Made by a program: the position numbers and the translations under genes
Shown here: positions 27,991-38,531 of the stretch, piece after piece
Numbering within the stretch: the stretch's first letter is position 1
How the letters are laid out: each line of letters begins with the position of its first letter
Assembly (NCBI GenBank): GCA_973895155.1
Contig: OZ316896.1
Coordinates: 18,526,754 to 18,590,753, forward strand
Source: Marsupella aquatica
Lineage: Eukaryota; Plantae; Marchantiophyta
DNA: 64,000 nucleotides
Direction of reading: 5' to 3'
The notes under the pieces: generated by a model
Told to the model about the DNA's origin: nothing
The model's input: only the letters and a program-made list of their open reading frames with translations
Databases searched by the model: none

Positions 27991-28050
27991 ATGTTCCACT
28001 GTGACATCAAGTCTTCCAACATTGTTCTCGGAGAGGACTTGCACTCACAT
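27991..28050 (+). pseudogene. Receptor-like kinase catalytic-loop fragment
   Basis: The peptide FHCDIKSSNIVL matches the RLK/Pelle subdomain VIb motif H(R/C)DIKSSNILL. No other kinase subdomains are recognisable nearby. Confidence 0.4.
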
Positions 28051-29389
28051 GACCGTGTGGTGAAATCACTTGACCCGAACTGTAGGAACTCCCAGCCATT
28101 CTCCAATCCAACATTTCTTCTCCGTAGATCGATACGTCCTGGAAATTACCTCCATTGCTCCCACGTCTGTCCTATACACCAAGCTAAGTTTTGCAAACTG
28201 CAACACATGTAGCGAGAGCTCTATCGCGTGATCAAGCTGCTGGTGTATTTCAATTTTGTACAGGCAGACAGACCACATATTTCAGTCTGCTGTAGGAACC
28301 TCTTCCTTTTCCATACATGTTGTTCCCACAATTTCCGATTGATCCCAAGTTAAGTACAATTGAGGCTAAGTTACCGGTGGCTCTAGCTCACGGTATATGG
28401 TTGTGAATGTTTTTGGTCTGTACCGAATGTTGATTTGCTAAACCTAATCGATCAAGCTTTAGCTTTCTGACTTCACCTGCACTGTCTTTCTCCCGGATTA
28501 GATACATGCTAGGCATGGAGTACAAGGAAGGAAATCGAGAAGTCATGTATGCTTGCGCTTGGTGTCTGTGTGCCTGTTAACACTAAACACGTCCAGCTAG
28601 ACAGTCAAGGTCAGGAGAATGATTGTGATGTATCACCTTCATCTCCCCATCCTGGTTAAAGACCTGCTCAATTCTTGAATGACGTCTCCTGCTGCCTGCA
28701 ATTATGTGCATTTGCCTTGTTTCTCCGGACATGCCAAACTTTAAAGGAGACCTCTGTTTAGGACCATCATTTAATGCCCATCACAATCTACATCTGTGGA
28801 TGGAAGTGCACCTAGTCGTAGGGCTCAAGACACTTACCTGTCTGCTATGTACTTCTGAACATTTATTGTAGAAAGGTCATTGGGAAACATTGTACTCAGG
28901 AAATGAGTACAAATTCAGTGCACCTCATGAAATCTCCTGGATTTTATCCCGGTAACAGATCTGATCGTGGATTGTGATGTTGACAGAGGAAGCCTATCAC
29001 TCATAAGATGACAAGGAAAGCACTTTGGGTGGATATAACACTCCAGCATGGTTAAAGCCAGGGGCGAAGTTGATTACTCACTGCAGACTTCAAATGTCAT
29101 GTTTGTAAATTTTTGCCGACGTGTATTTAGAAGACGTAGTGACAAGCTCCTAATTGCATCGAGGAGTTTAACAACGACATATACCCTGTCCTCAGTGAAA
29201 CTACCCGAGACAAAATACAGATCATTCAGAATTCCGATCCTCAAGAGGAAGCGAAGACCTCCAGATTTACAGACAAACAAAAACTATCACACCAATCCAA
29301 TAAATCGTCGATATCACAAAATCATCTCCGATCCTCGATTCTAGAATTCACACCACTGAAGTCAGTGTAGAAGGGAGTACGCACATGCA

Positions 29390-29630
29390 TGATGATGATG
29401 CCACAAACGAATTGCTATTTTGAAAGATCATCTACAACGAGGCATTACTATAGACGTACACATATGTAAAGTTCAGCAAGTGGGCTTGCAACAAAACGAC
29501 CTTTCCGCAGCCAAGCAAATTCATGATTTCATCATCGAGGATGGAATTGATAAGAATACATGTGACAATCATGCTCATGAATGTATATATCAAATACAGA
29601 CAAGTGTTGGATGCACGAAGAATTTTTTAT
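29390..29630 (+). pseudogene. PLS-class pentatricopeptide-repeat gene fragment
   Basis: Reads LQRGITID...QQNDLSAAKQIHDFIIEDGIDKN, then after a frameshift LMNVYIKYRQVLDARRIF. This resembles L and S motifs near the N-terminus of bryophyte PLS-PPR proteins. The fragment is broken and isolated. Confidence 0.55.
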
Positions 29631-29921
29631 CCATCTGTTTAGCAACATCACGGCACAGCGCGAGCTGCAATATGGTGGACGGGTACCAAAGGAGGTAGTA
29701 GGCGGAAAATAGGGCAGTAATCACAGCATTGGCCGTAAATTTTCCAAGATTTTTCACCCTCGGTCAAAACAGCCAAGAAGTTTGCTCTTGGATTATGAAG
29801 CCAATTGGGCGCAAAAACGCTTTGTAACTAGTTAACTTTTGCTAACTTATATATATACGGTGGTTCGTGAGTCTAGTTACCCATAACTTTTGGTGGGACT
29901 GCACCCTAAGTCTTCTAACCA

Positions 29922-32473
29922 TCAATCAACAATGTGCTCATCCTGCTCCTTCATCATCATTCCACGGCGCTTCTTGAGGAGTTGCTCCCGGAGATTGCAA
30001 GCTTGCTTCTCAGCAGCTCTCAATGCTTTCTCCTTAGACCTTCCTGTCAATGGGGTTTTGTGTAGCTCCTGTCTCCTCGACCACTCGTTCTCCTTCCCGA
30101 ACAATGAGAGCCCATTGCCGTTCTCCTTCCCTTCGACTTCACTTAAGATGTCGAGGATCCCCAAAGATTTGGTTGGAGTGGTCGGATTCGGAGAACTGTC
30201 AACCACCTGCTCTGTCGCCAACCGATTACTGTCCAAGGGACTCAAGGGGGTGGGTTTGTCTGCCGTGATCTGCTCCCTAACCTCTGTAAAATCGGTCTCC
30301 AATTCAACTCTGGGTGCTGGTCCTCTCGCTGCGCATTGCACCTTCATCCCTGTAAAATCTATGTCTAGGAAACTCACTGCCACACTGGGTTGCTCTGCAG
30401 CCTTCTCCTCAGATTTCGACAAGTCCTCGATGGCCCTTGGACTCTGCGTGGACACATATTCCGTAGTGTCCGGAGTCCCTACGAGGTCCAATTCCGTGCC
30501 AGTTTCAGCTATCCCAATCTCGATGTCGACGGATTTGATCTGGTCTTTCTGTCCGAGATCCGTCCCCGCTGACTCGGAAGCCTCAAGCTGACAATCAGTG
30601 TGCGCAGCTTCAGTATCCATGAATTCACGGGAGAGCATCCTTCCATCCGTTTCAACATTCGCTGGTTCTGATTCTGCTCTGTTTGATAGGGTATTGTCTG
30701 CAGTTGGCTGGTAACACCACATTTCACGCGATTCCAGAAAATCAGAGAATATTAGAGAAGTGAATTGTAATGCTGAGCACGATTTCCCGAAGCAGCTAAT
30801 GAGAAGCAACCCAAACGATAACGGACTAGGTCACACACTAACAAACCCAAGGACAAATTGGCAGATGAGATAACCACACTGGGCAACCTTTGTACACCAT
30901 TAGTCCCATGGCCCATTTCGAGTGTCCGACTCGGTAAGTTCATTGATACATTCATTGATTTGAACCAACAGCGTGAAACACAAATCAAAGACAAATTGAA
31001 GTGGATTCACAACAATAGATTTCAAGTTCCCATACCGAGTTACAAAGAATAAGCCTCTGATGACCTCTAAGACCGTTGAATCGTTCTGTAATCTCAGTTC
31101 AGCAATCTACAAAAAGAAGTACCGAGGAATGATGCTCTCTGTTCCTCTGTCAACGTCAGAGCTCACCTCTTCGTTATTCTGCGCGAGACCGGTGTCCGCT
31201 GACTTCGAAGCCTCATGCAGGCAGTCATCAGTGTGTGCCGTGTCAGTATCCATAAATTCATGGGAGATCCTCCTCTCTTCCGTTTGAACTTTCGGTGGTT
31301 GTGATTCTGATGGGGTCAATAGGGTATTGTCTGCAGTTGGCTGGTAACACCACATTTCACGTGATTCAGGAAAATCAGACTTTTAGGGAAGCACTCGTAA
31401 TGCTGACCAAAATTTTCCAAACAGCTAACGAACACCGACCCACACAAACAAACCTAAGGAAAAATGAGATATCCTCGCTGGGCACGTTTTCACACCATTT
31501 GGTCCGATGGCCCATTTCGAATCTCCCACTCCATTCAGTGCTTTATTCATTCGAACCAACCGTGAAAGAAAATCCAATAGGAATTGAGGTGGATTAAAAG
31601 AAATAAGTAAAATAGTGAGAGTTACTAGGACTGAGCCTCTGATGAGTTCTCAGACCGTTGAATCAAGTTTAGCTATATACAAAAATAAGTAGGTGCGAGA
31701 AAACTCTGTTAAGCTGTCAGCTGCGAGTTTACCTCTTCAATTGTCCCTCCGAGACCTCCTGTATCTGCTGACTTGGAAGCCTCAAGTGGACAATCACTCT
31801 GCGCAGCGTCAGTATCCATAAATTCATGGGAGAGCCTCCTTCCATCCGTTCCAAAATTCTCTGGTTGTGATTCTGATATGGTCGATAGGATATTGTCTGT
31901 AGTTGGCTGGTAACACCACATTCACGTGATTCAGACTGTTAGGGAAGTGAATCGTAATCCTGACCACATTTTTTCGAAATGCTAACGGACACTATCCTAC
32001 ACGATAACGGACTAGGTCACAAGCAAACACAAGACAACCTCTGTTCAGCTGCAGCGAGCTTACCTCTTCCTCGCGACATTGAAATCTTGTCTTCACAGCT
32101 GGACTTGGCTGAGACATGTCTCTGTAGAGGTATTCATCGGACTGCATTGTCAAATGACGAAGTGTTACTCACGAATCTTGGAAGAACACTGAAATCATAT
32201 TTCAATAGGGTGTATTGCGGACTGATAACAATCCATGACGCTGTAATACTTCCCTGTGAACATTCGCGGAGACTAAACCAGAGATGCTCACGAGCATAGT
32301 GAACAAAGGTTGCCGACTTAGTCACTCACATTGAGGTGAGAGGTGAGAAATTCAGCCATTAATAGATTCGTTCTGTTGGCCGGATAACCGTATTTTTTGC
32401 ACATGGACTGTAGTTGTTTGCGAGGAAGCTCAAAGTAGTTCACAGGACCCTCGCGCTTCTTCCGCCCGGCCAT
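29922..32473 (-). CDS. Uncharacterised protein with N-terminal SAP/HeH-like motif, three tandem-duplicated acidic repeats and two KEN boxes (5 exons, ~451 aa)
   Basis: Minus-strand exons 32473-32330, 32141-32064, 31906-31733, 31340-31167 and 30707-29922, all GT-AG and phase 0. Exon 1 encodes MAGRKKREGPVNYFELPRKQLQSMCKKYGYPANRTNLLMAEFL, resembling the plant 'L.R.ELQ.LCKK..IPAN.TN..MA..L' motif. The C-terminal part has EGKENGN and GKENEW followed by a basic helix. Confidence 0.72.
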
Positions 32474-33857
32474 TGTCGCTACTGTTTCCAGATATCCTCA
32501 GCGCGGCTGCTGAGCAGGAGTCTTGGTCTTGGAATAAGGTTTGCAAGAGGAGGTCGCCCTCTTTCAGGAATGCCACATATGATCACCACCTGAATACGAT
32601 TCAATACTCACCGACGAACCGTTGTGTGCTTGTGTGTCCTGTCCCTGAAAACAACGAAGATCGAATCATTCAGTATCTGTCAACATTGGGAGTTCAACTC
32701 GTTTGTTTTCACTTCTCAAGTACGGATCGGCGGCAGAAGATGAAGCAGGGTGGAAGCTCAAAGCACAAATCGGAACGCAAACCTAAATATGCAAAACTAG
32801 AAGTCAGTGAGCCTCTTGGGATCTATCCTTCTCTAGGAGTATCTATACGATTCATCGCTCAAAAATTCTATGTATCCACTGCTGGAAAATGACCAGTTCG
32901 TACAGCATTTCTACGACAGGAGCATGCAAGCAATCACTTATTTCCTCCCCGAATCGCCCATCCACATCGAAAAGTTCTCCAAATGAGACAGCACTCATTT
33001 GGAAAATAGGAAACAAAATTTGGACGGGCGAGGCAGGAATGAAGGTTTACTACTTCGTATCTTCTTACCAAAATTGTTGTCCGTCCAAAGGAACTTGTGC
33101 GCTTCGAGAAATCGCAAGGAGATTCTTAATATTTTGCCGTCTCTCGTTAGACCATGATAATCACTGCCGCAGAGACCTGCAGGAGACATCAACATTGCAG
33201 AAACTTTTAAAAGGAGTAGCAATCTAGACGTCAAATTCAAATATCGCTGAATGCTCGAAAAGCCCGTGCATCACCACAGCCACTTTGTAAAGCTAAGATT
33301 TCCATGCTTTGACAAAATACTTTAACCAAAACTGTAGTTCCGAACCGAAACGAGGCAGAGCATCAACAGAAAGCTGAGATTTCCTGCGGAGGCTCGAGAA
33401 AACGCTTAAGCAAAAGTGTAGTTACGAACCGTAAATGAGACAGAAAGAGCTGAAATCTCTCCCGGGAGCTTGAGAAAATGCTTCGACCAAGTTGCGAACG
33501 ACTTGAACGAGACAAAGTGGTATTAGTAAACAGCGCCGAGATTGCTACGCGGAGCTTCAACAAAGTGCTTCATCCAAGTGTAGTTGCCAATCAACTCAAA
33601 CCCAGGTCTCGACTCGGAAGAAAGCTTGAGAAAATGCTCAAGCAAAAGTGTAATTGCGAACGACTTGAACGAGACAGAGTGTTTTAAACCAGAGCTGACA
33701 TTGCCGTGCGTACCTTTGACGAAATGCTTCAACCACCCACTGTAATCGCCATAGAAAGAATTGACGACCCACCAAACGATCGCGCAGAAAGACTGAGTGA
33801 GAAGAGAGGAGAGAGCACATCGAGAGGTAACGTTCTTCCTGAGGGAACGCTACTGCA

Positions 33858-33934
33858 CCAACGGCTACTACTGTATTGTATTGTATGTATTGTATTGTAC
33901 TGTAATAGACTGTACTGCACTGAGCCAACGGCTA
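33858..33934. promoter_or_regulatory. Paired MSA-like (mitosis-specific activator, MYB3R-binding) elements
   Basis: CCAACGGCTA occurs at 33858-33867 and 33925-33934 and contains the MSA core AACGG. The pair lies just upstream of a pyrimidine-rich putative leader of the minus-strand gene. Confidence 0.45.
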
Positions 33935-34925
33935 CTGCCACGAGCGGCTACGCCCTTCACCTGATCGACTAGGACTGGCGGTTCCATTCACCCCACCCCC
34001 TACACGCCACCCCGTTTTGAAAACCACCCCCACCAGGGAAATTTTCTTTGTTAGACACTTCACGCAGCACAAAAACAGTTTTGCTACAGTAGATTGCCAA
34101 CTTTAGAAGGTGGGTTTGTTGCGCTTTTGATGAGCTCGGGGGAATTCACTGTTCTTTGTAGTAGTGAAATAGTTGGCTTTAGGGTCTCTAGTAGGATTCA
34201 CTTGCTTGAATTTCCTATGCACTTCACACCAGAACTCTAATAGGCTCGTTAGTTTGCCAATTGGTAGGGTTTAAGTTTTTGGTCCCTTGTTGTTTTTGTG
34301 CTGGGCTTCTACTCGGGTCCTTGGGGCTTTTGGCCCTTTTGCTTGTCTCTTCATGATTTGGGTGTTTTGCTTGTGGGATTATGTCTCCTGGTTAGGCGCC
34401 TTATAATTTCAGGTAGTTTTGAATATACTTGTGATCTTTTTCAGTTCAATCATTCTTATGTCACCTTTTTGTATCACTGCTTGAGCATTTAAGGCAAACA
34501 ACTGGGTGACACATAGGCTGTCAAGTCACACAATCTCAGGCCAAAGCTGACCAACCCCCTCACTCCTCACCCAGGCCTTCCCTCATGGCCTTCCAGCCCT
34601 TGACATTGATTCTAACCTGGGTCAAAGTTGTAAGGGGAGGGCAGGGACTCAAAATCAAGGGGGAATGAGGCTGTGAGTGTGGAGCATGTAGATGCAGGAG
34701 ATGACGGCCATGAGGTCACAGGAAAAACACCAAAGCTGAGTGGAAGCCTGCCCCTAGGGTGATTGGGATGGTTAGCTAAGATCCAAGAGAATTTGTAGCT
34801 GTTGGGTTGTATGACATGGCAGCCTCTACAGTGTCCAATCATCTTACCACCCGGGCCTAGTTAGATTACTTAACATGGAAAATAGTGGCATCTTAGTTAT
34901 TGAACTCTTGATTGAACTAAGAAAG

Positions 34926-35244
34926 TGTTGAGAATTCCAACAACATTGTACACGAGAAACCAACAAGAACACATCATGTCTACGCCATAGATATGTGTTT
35001 CACGTTTGGCAAAGCTATGCTCATGGAAATACAAGAACTTTATTGAGCTTTTGTCACCGTAGTCACACCAAGACTCCAAATACAAGCTCCAAGATTGCTA
35101 GCCTAGCTCCTAGCTTGCTCCCTCACAAATGAGCATGAGTTTCACCAAGGAGCTCTTTCCATGCTCCAGTGTATGCTAGGCACATTTAGTCATGTCTGAT
35201 TAGACTAAGCAAGGTTAACCCAAAACTAAGAGTTGACCCTAACA
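34926..35244. mobile_element. Possible solo LTR
   Basis: TGTT...AACA termini and similarity to 13749-13973. The flanking 5-mers (GAAAG / AGAAG) are not a perfect TSD. Confidence 0.35.
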
Positions 35245-37106
35245 AGAAGGTGGCTAGTTGTGATCGTAGAGAAAGGTGGCAATCTGGTAAAACTCTGATT
35301 TCAAAAAATTGTTGAACAGATCGCCTAATTAGCAAATATTTGCCAAAATTGAACAATTCTGAAATCCTTGAACTGATTGATCTGAATTGTTGGATTTATA
35401 CAAATATCTTCCAGTTTTCTAGGGTTTTATCTTTGTCTATCCTTGTTTCTCCCCTTCATTGGTCTTCTACGACTGGGATCCTGTCTCCTGGTTTGATGTT
35501 TTTTATATTTAATTTGTAATCCGATGATATTTATAAAATGGCTGAAAATTCTTCTTGTCATCGTGGAGGCATTCTCCATGTTGTCCCCTGCCAGCAAGGG
35601 CCCCATGAAGCACTACCCGTGAGGATCTCAATATATTGAGCCCCTATCACCTATGACTTTTTGAGGTCTCATACGTAAAACTTAAGAAAATTATGTTATT
35701 CATTTTCACCTTTGATTACTTTGGAGTATTCAAAATTTTGATTAAAAACCCATATATTTTATTGCAAGTTTCAAAATTGAATTTAAAAGATTCTGTAGTC
35801 GATCTGGTTGGGTAGGAACACCCACATGTACCAGGCCGGTGGCCATTGGGTTTTCGACTTGGGTCTGGTGCTCTTTGAGACTGCTGATAACCTCTATGCT
35901 GCCAGCCGGCGGCTCCCCCCTGGTCGGAAGGGTACCAGCCTCTTTAGGGCCAAAACCTGGATAGATGAGCAGCGTAGGAACTGGATTAGACAAGGCTGCG
36001 GCCGTATCACCTCTGACACATGATCCGATTGGATCTGTTGGATTTAGACTTGGGGGCTTGCTGCCTCTTGTGTTATCTCCTGCCCCTTTCTCATTGGCTC
36101 CGGCATCCTTGCATGGTCCTGTGCTTGTGTGGGGCTGTTTAGGGTCCCAGGATATAACCTCTGCGGCCGCTGGGTTGTGCCTGTCCCCAGTAGGCGGTGC
36201 GCTCTGTTTAGTTGGGTCCTGGCTCTGTGTGCCTATTTGGCTGTTTGTTTGCCCTAGCCATGGGGTTTTCGCGGCTGGAGAACTGTTTTATAAAATCAAA
36301 ATCATTCCAAGGACAATTGAATTTAAAATACCCTAATATTTTCCCCATTTTTAAAAGTTTTGTCTTAGAACCAATAAGATGACTTTATCCATCATCACAC
36401 ATTCAAGTGAGACCCCAAAAGCACTACCTAAATAAGTAGGAGGGAAGGGAAGTGAGGTTTACACAGGAGATCTACGAGGCTTTTAATTTTGTTCTACCTA
36501 AATAAGTACAACATAAGTGAGGTTTATACAGGAGCTCTACCAGGTCTTTCAGTTTGGTGCTCAATTGTACTTCAGTTCTACTAGCTCTATTATACAAATA
36601 AAATGGCTTGCAAAAGAATCAATGTTGTTTCCCTTTCAAGTTTACCCCCATCGCATCGTTGTTTTTGGTATGCATCTCACTTTCAGTTTTGTCCTTATTA
36701 GTTTTGTCTTTATGTAGTGTTAGTGTCTAGATGCTTCACTCTAGAAATCTTGACCCCAACTTTAGCTTCTGTCCATCACAGAACTAGGGCTTTTGGCTCT
36801 TTGTATTCTCTTGTGTTCTTCCCTTTGTTGGGTCTCCTCTCTTTGTGATCTTTATTGGGTCTCCTGCATTTGGGATCTTGTCGCCATTTGGTCCAGGTTT
36901 TGATCTTTGGTTCCAGATCTTTTGCACTCTGATAAGTTTTTGCCAATTGCAAACAGAAGCTACAATTGGGGTCTAGGCTTCTAGAGTGAAGCCATAAGTT
37001 TAGGGCCCCATCAAATATATGTGGATGGAGAGGATGGGATGTATTGTATGTCAAGATGATGACGCATGCTTGTTTTTGTTTGTCATTAAAAGAATGGGAA
37101 TTCAGC

Positions 37107-37278
37107 CACTTCCTTCCACAAAAGCTAAAATGCCTAAACCAAACTGTGTCAGGTCTGGAAGTAGTCAATGCAATTCCCTGTAAAGAAGCGGCGGTTTGCT
37201 CCAGTTTTTTAGACCAGAGATGGTCTAAGCATTTGACAAAAAAGCTTGCACACAGAAGGACCCACAAGGGACCCACTA
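37107..37278. repeat. Dispersed repeat with an inverted copy at ~45227-45407
   Basis: CAAAAG.TAAAATGCCT...AGTCAATGCAATTCCCTG...TTTGCTCCAGTTTTTTAGACC...GGACCCACAAG matches the reverse complement of ~45227-45407. Confidence 0.65.
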
Positions 37279-37661
37279 ACAGATGCCTAGGTTTGGTAAT
37301 AGTTTTGCTTGATTGTGCCCCAAGTTTCGTAATGGTTTTGCTTGATTGTGTCTCAAATTCATGTAAAGTACAAGGGGCCCACTAATAGATGACTAGGTTT
37401 GGTAATGGTTTTGCCTGATTGTGTCCCAAGTTCATGTAAAGGTTTGGTAATAGTTTTGCTTGATTGGGTAAAGTGAAGTGTGGCCTAGCTAAGATTGCAT
37501 ATCACACTTTGGAAAAAAAGAATTGAAGTGCTGCCCCCAAGTTCTTGTAAAGCACCAAAATTACGCTCAATTGGGTTGTAGGAGGCACGGGGTGAGGGTT
37601 TTGAAAGATCTCGATCTCCCGAAATCCCGAAAGCAATTGAGGTCAGGAAACAGTGCACACA

Positions 37662-38531
37662 ATGCGGATCCATTGGGATTGCAAGAAATGGCGCGGATGG
37701 ACCATGAAAGGCTTGTGGGTCGTTCTCCATGCACTCTGCGTCGGATTCCTACTTGCGTTGGATTCGGACCTTCGTCGACAAACTCTCCATTTCTCTTGGG
37801 TTGCTGCCTGCTACTACTTGCTGCTGACATTGACCGTAGCCCAGTTTTTTTGGACATCGGGGTCATCCCCAGGCTATGTGATTGAGGCTTTGAAAGATGA
37901 TCCGAGCTTCGAAGCACGTGCCCAATTAGCCTTGCCCAGTACTCTGAGCTCGCGTGCACCGTCAAGTGGTCGTGCTGCTGCAGTGGATGCTAGTAAGTGG
38001 CCGAGTTTACAGGTTCCACTCGCAGCGTCATCATCGGGTAGTCAAGCCCAGGATACATGCAAACACTGTCATTTGATACAGCCATTTCGAACTAAGCACT
38101 GTCGCATCTGTGATAAGTGCGTTTTGCGATTTGATCATCATTGTGGTTTCTTGGGAGCATGTATAGGGCAGAGAAACCACCTCAAATTTTGGTGGTTCCT
38201 AGTCTTTGAGACACTACTCACGTTGTGGACTGCCATCAGATTTTTTTCTGTCATGAATTCAACAGACACGAAGCAAAATTTGATTCTAGTACTAGCTATT
38301 CTTGGACTTCTAGGTTTCCTGGCCTTCTACATTATTGCGCTCCTCATTCACCATACCTACTTAGTAGTGACCAACCAGACCACATATGAGCGCATTAAAC
38401 CTGGAGATATTGCTTATCTCAAGAATTTTTCAAACGGGATGCGCCCGTTCAGCCGAGGCTGTGCAAGCAATGTTCAATCTTTCTGCTGTACTCCAAGTGA
38501 GCCATATCCCATATGTAATCTTCCTGTCTAG
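37662..38531 (+). CDS. PAT10: Intronless DHHC protein S-acyltransferase, PAT10-like
   Basis: One uninterrupted ORF (first ATG at 37662) containing TSGSSPGYV, the Cys-rich domain CKHCHLIQPFRTKHCRICDKCVLRFDHHCGFLGACIGQRNH, four hydrophobic segments, TNQTTYE and the PF..G..SN motif. The PAT10 subfamily call rests on recalled motif similarity. Confidence 0.88.
   Translation: MRIHWDCKKWRGWTMKGLWVVLHALCVGFLLALDSDLRRQTLHFSWVAACYYLLLTLTVAQFFWTSGSSPGYVIEALKDDPSFEARAQLALPSTLSSRAPSSGRAAAVDASKWPSLQVPLAASSSGSQAQDTCKHCHLIQPFRTKHCRICDKCVLRFDHHCGFLGACIGQRNHLKFWWFLVFETLLTLWTAIRFFSVMNSTDTKQNLILVLAILGLLGFLAFYIIALLIHHTYLVVTNQTTYERIKPGDIAYLKNFSNGMRPFSRGCASNVQSFCCTPSEPYPICNLPV

Noticed and set aside
29890-30591. 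233-aa plus-strand ORF
   Set aside because: Antisense shadow of the last exon of the minus-strand gene.
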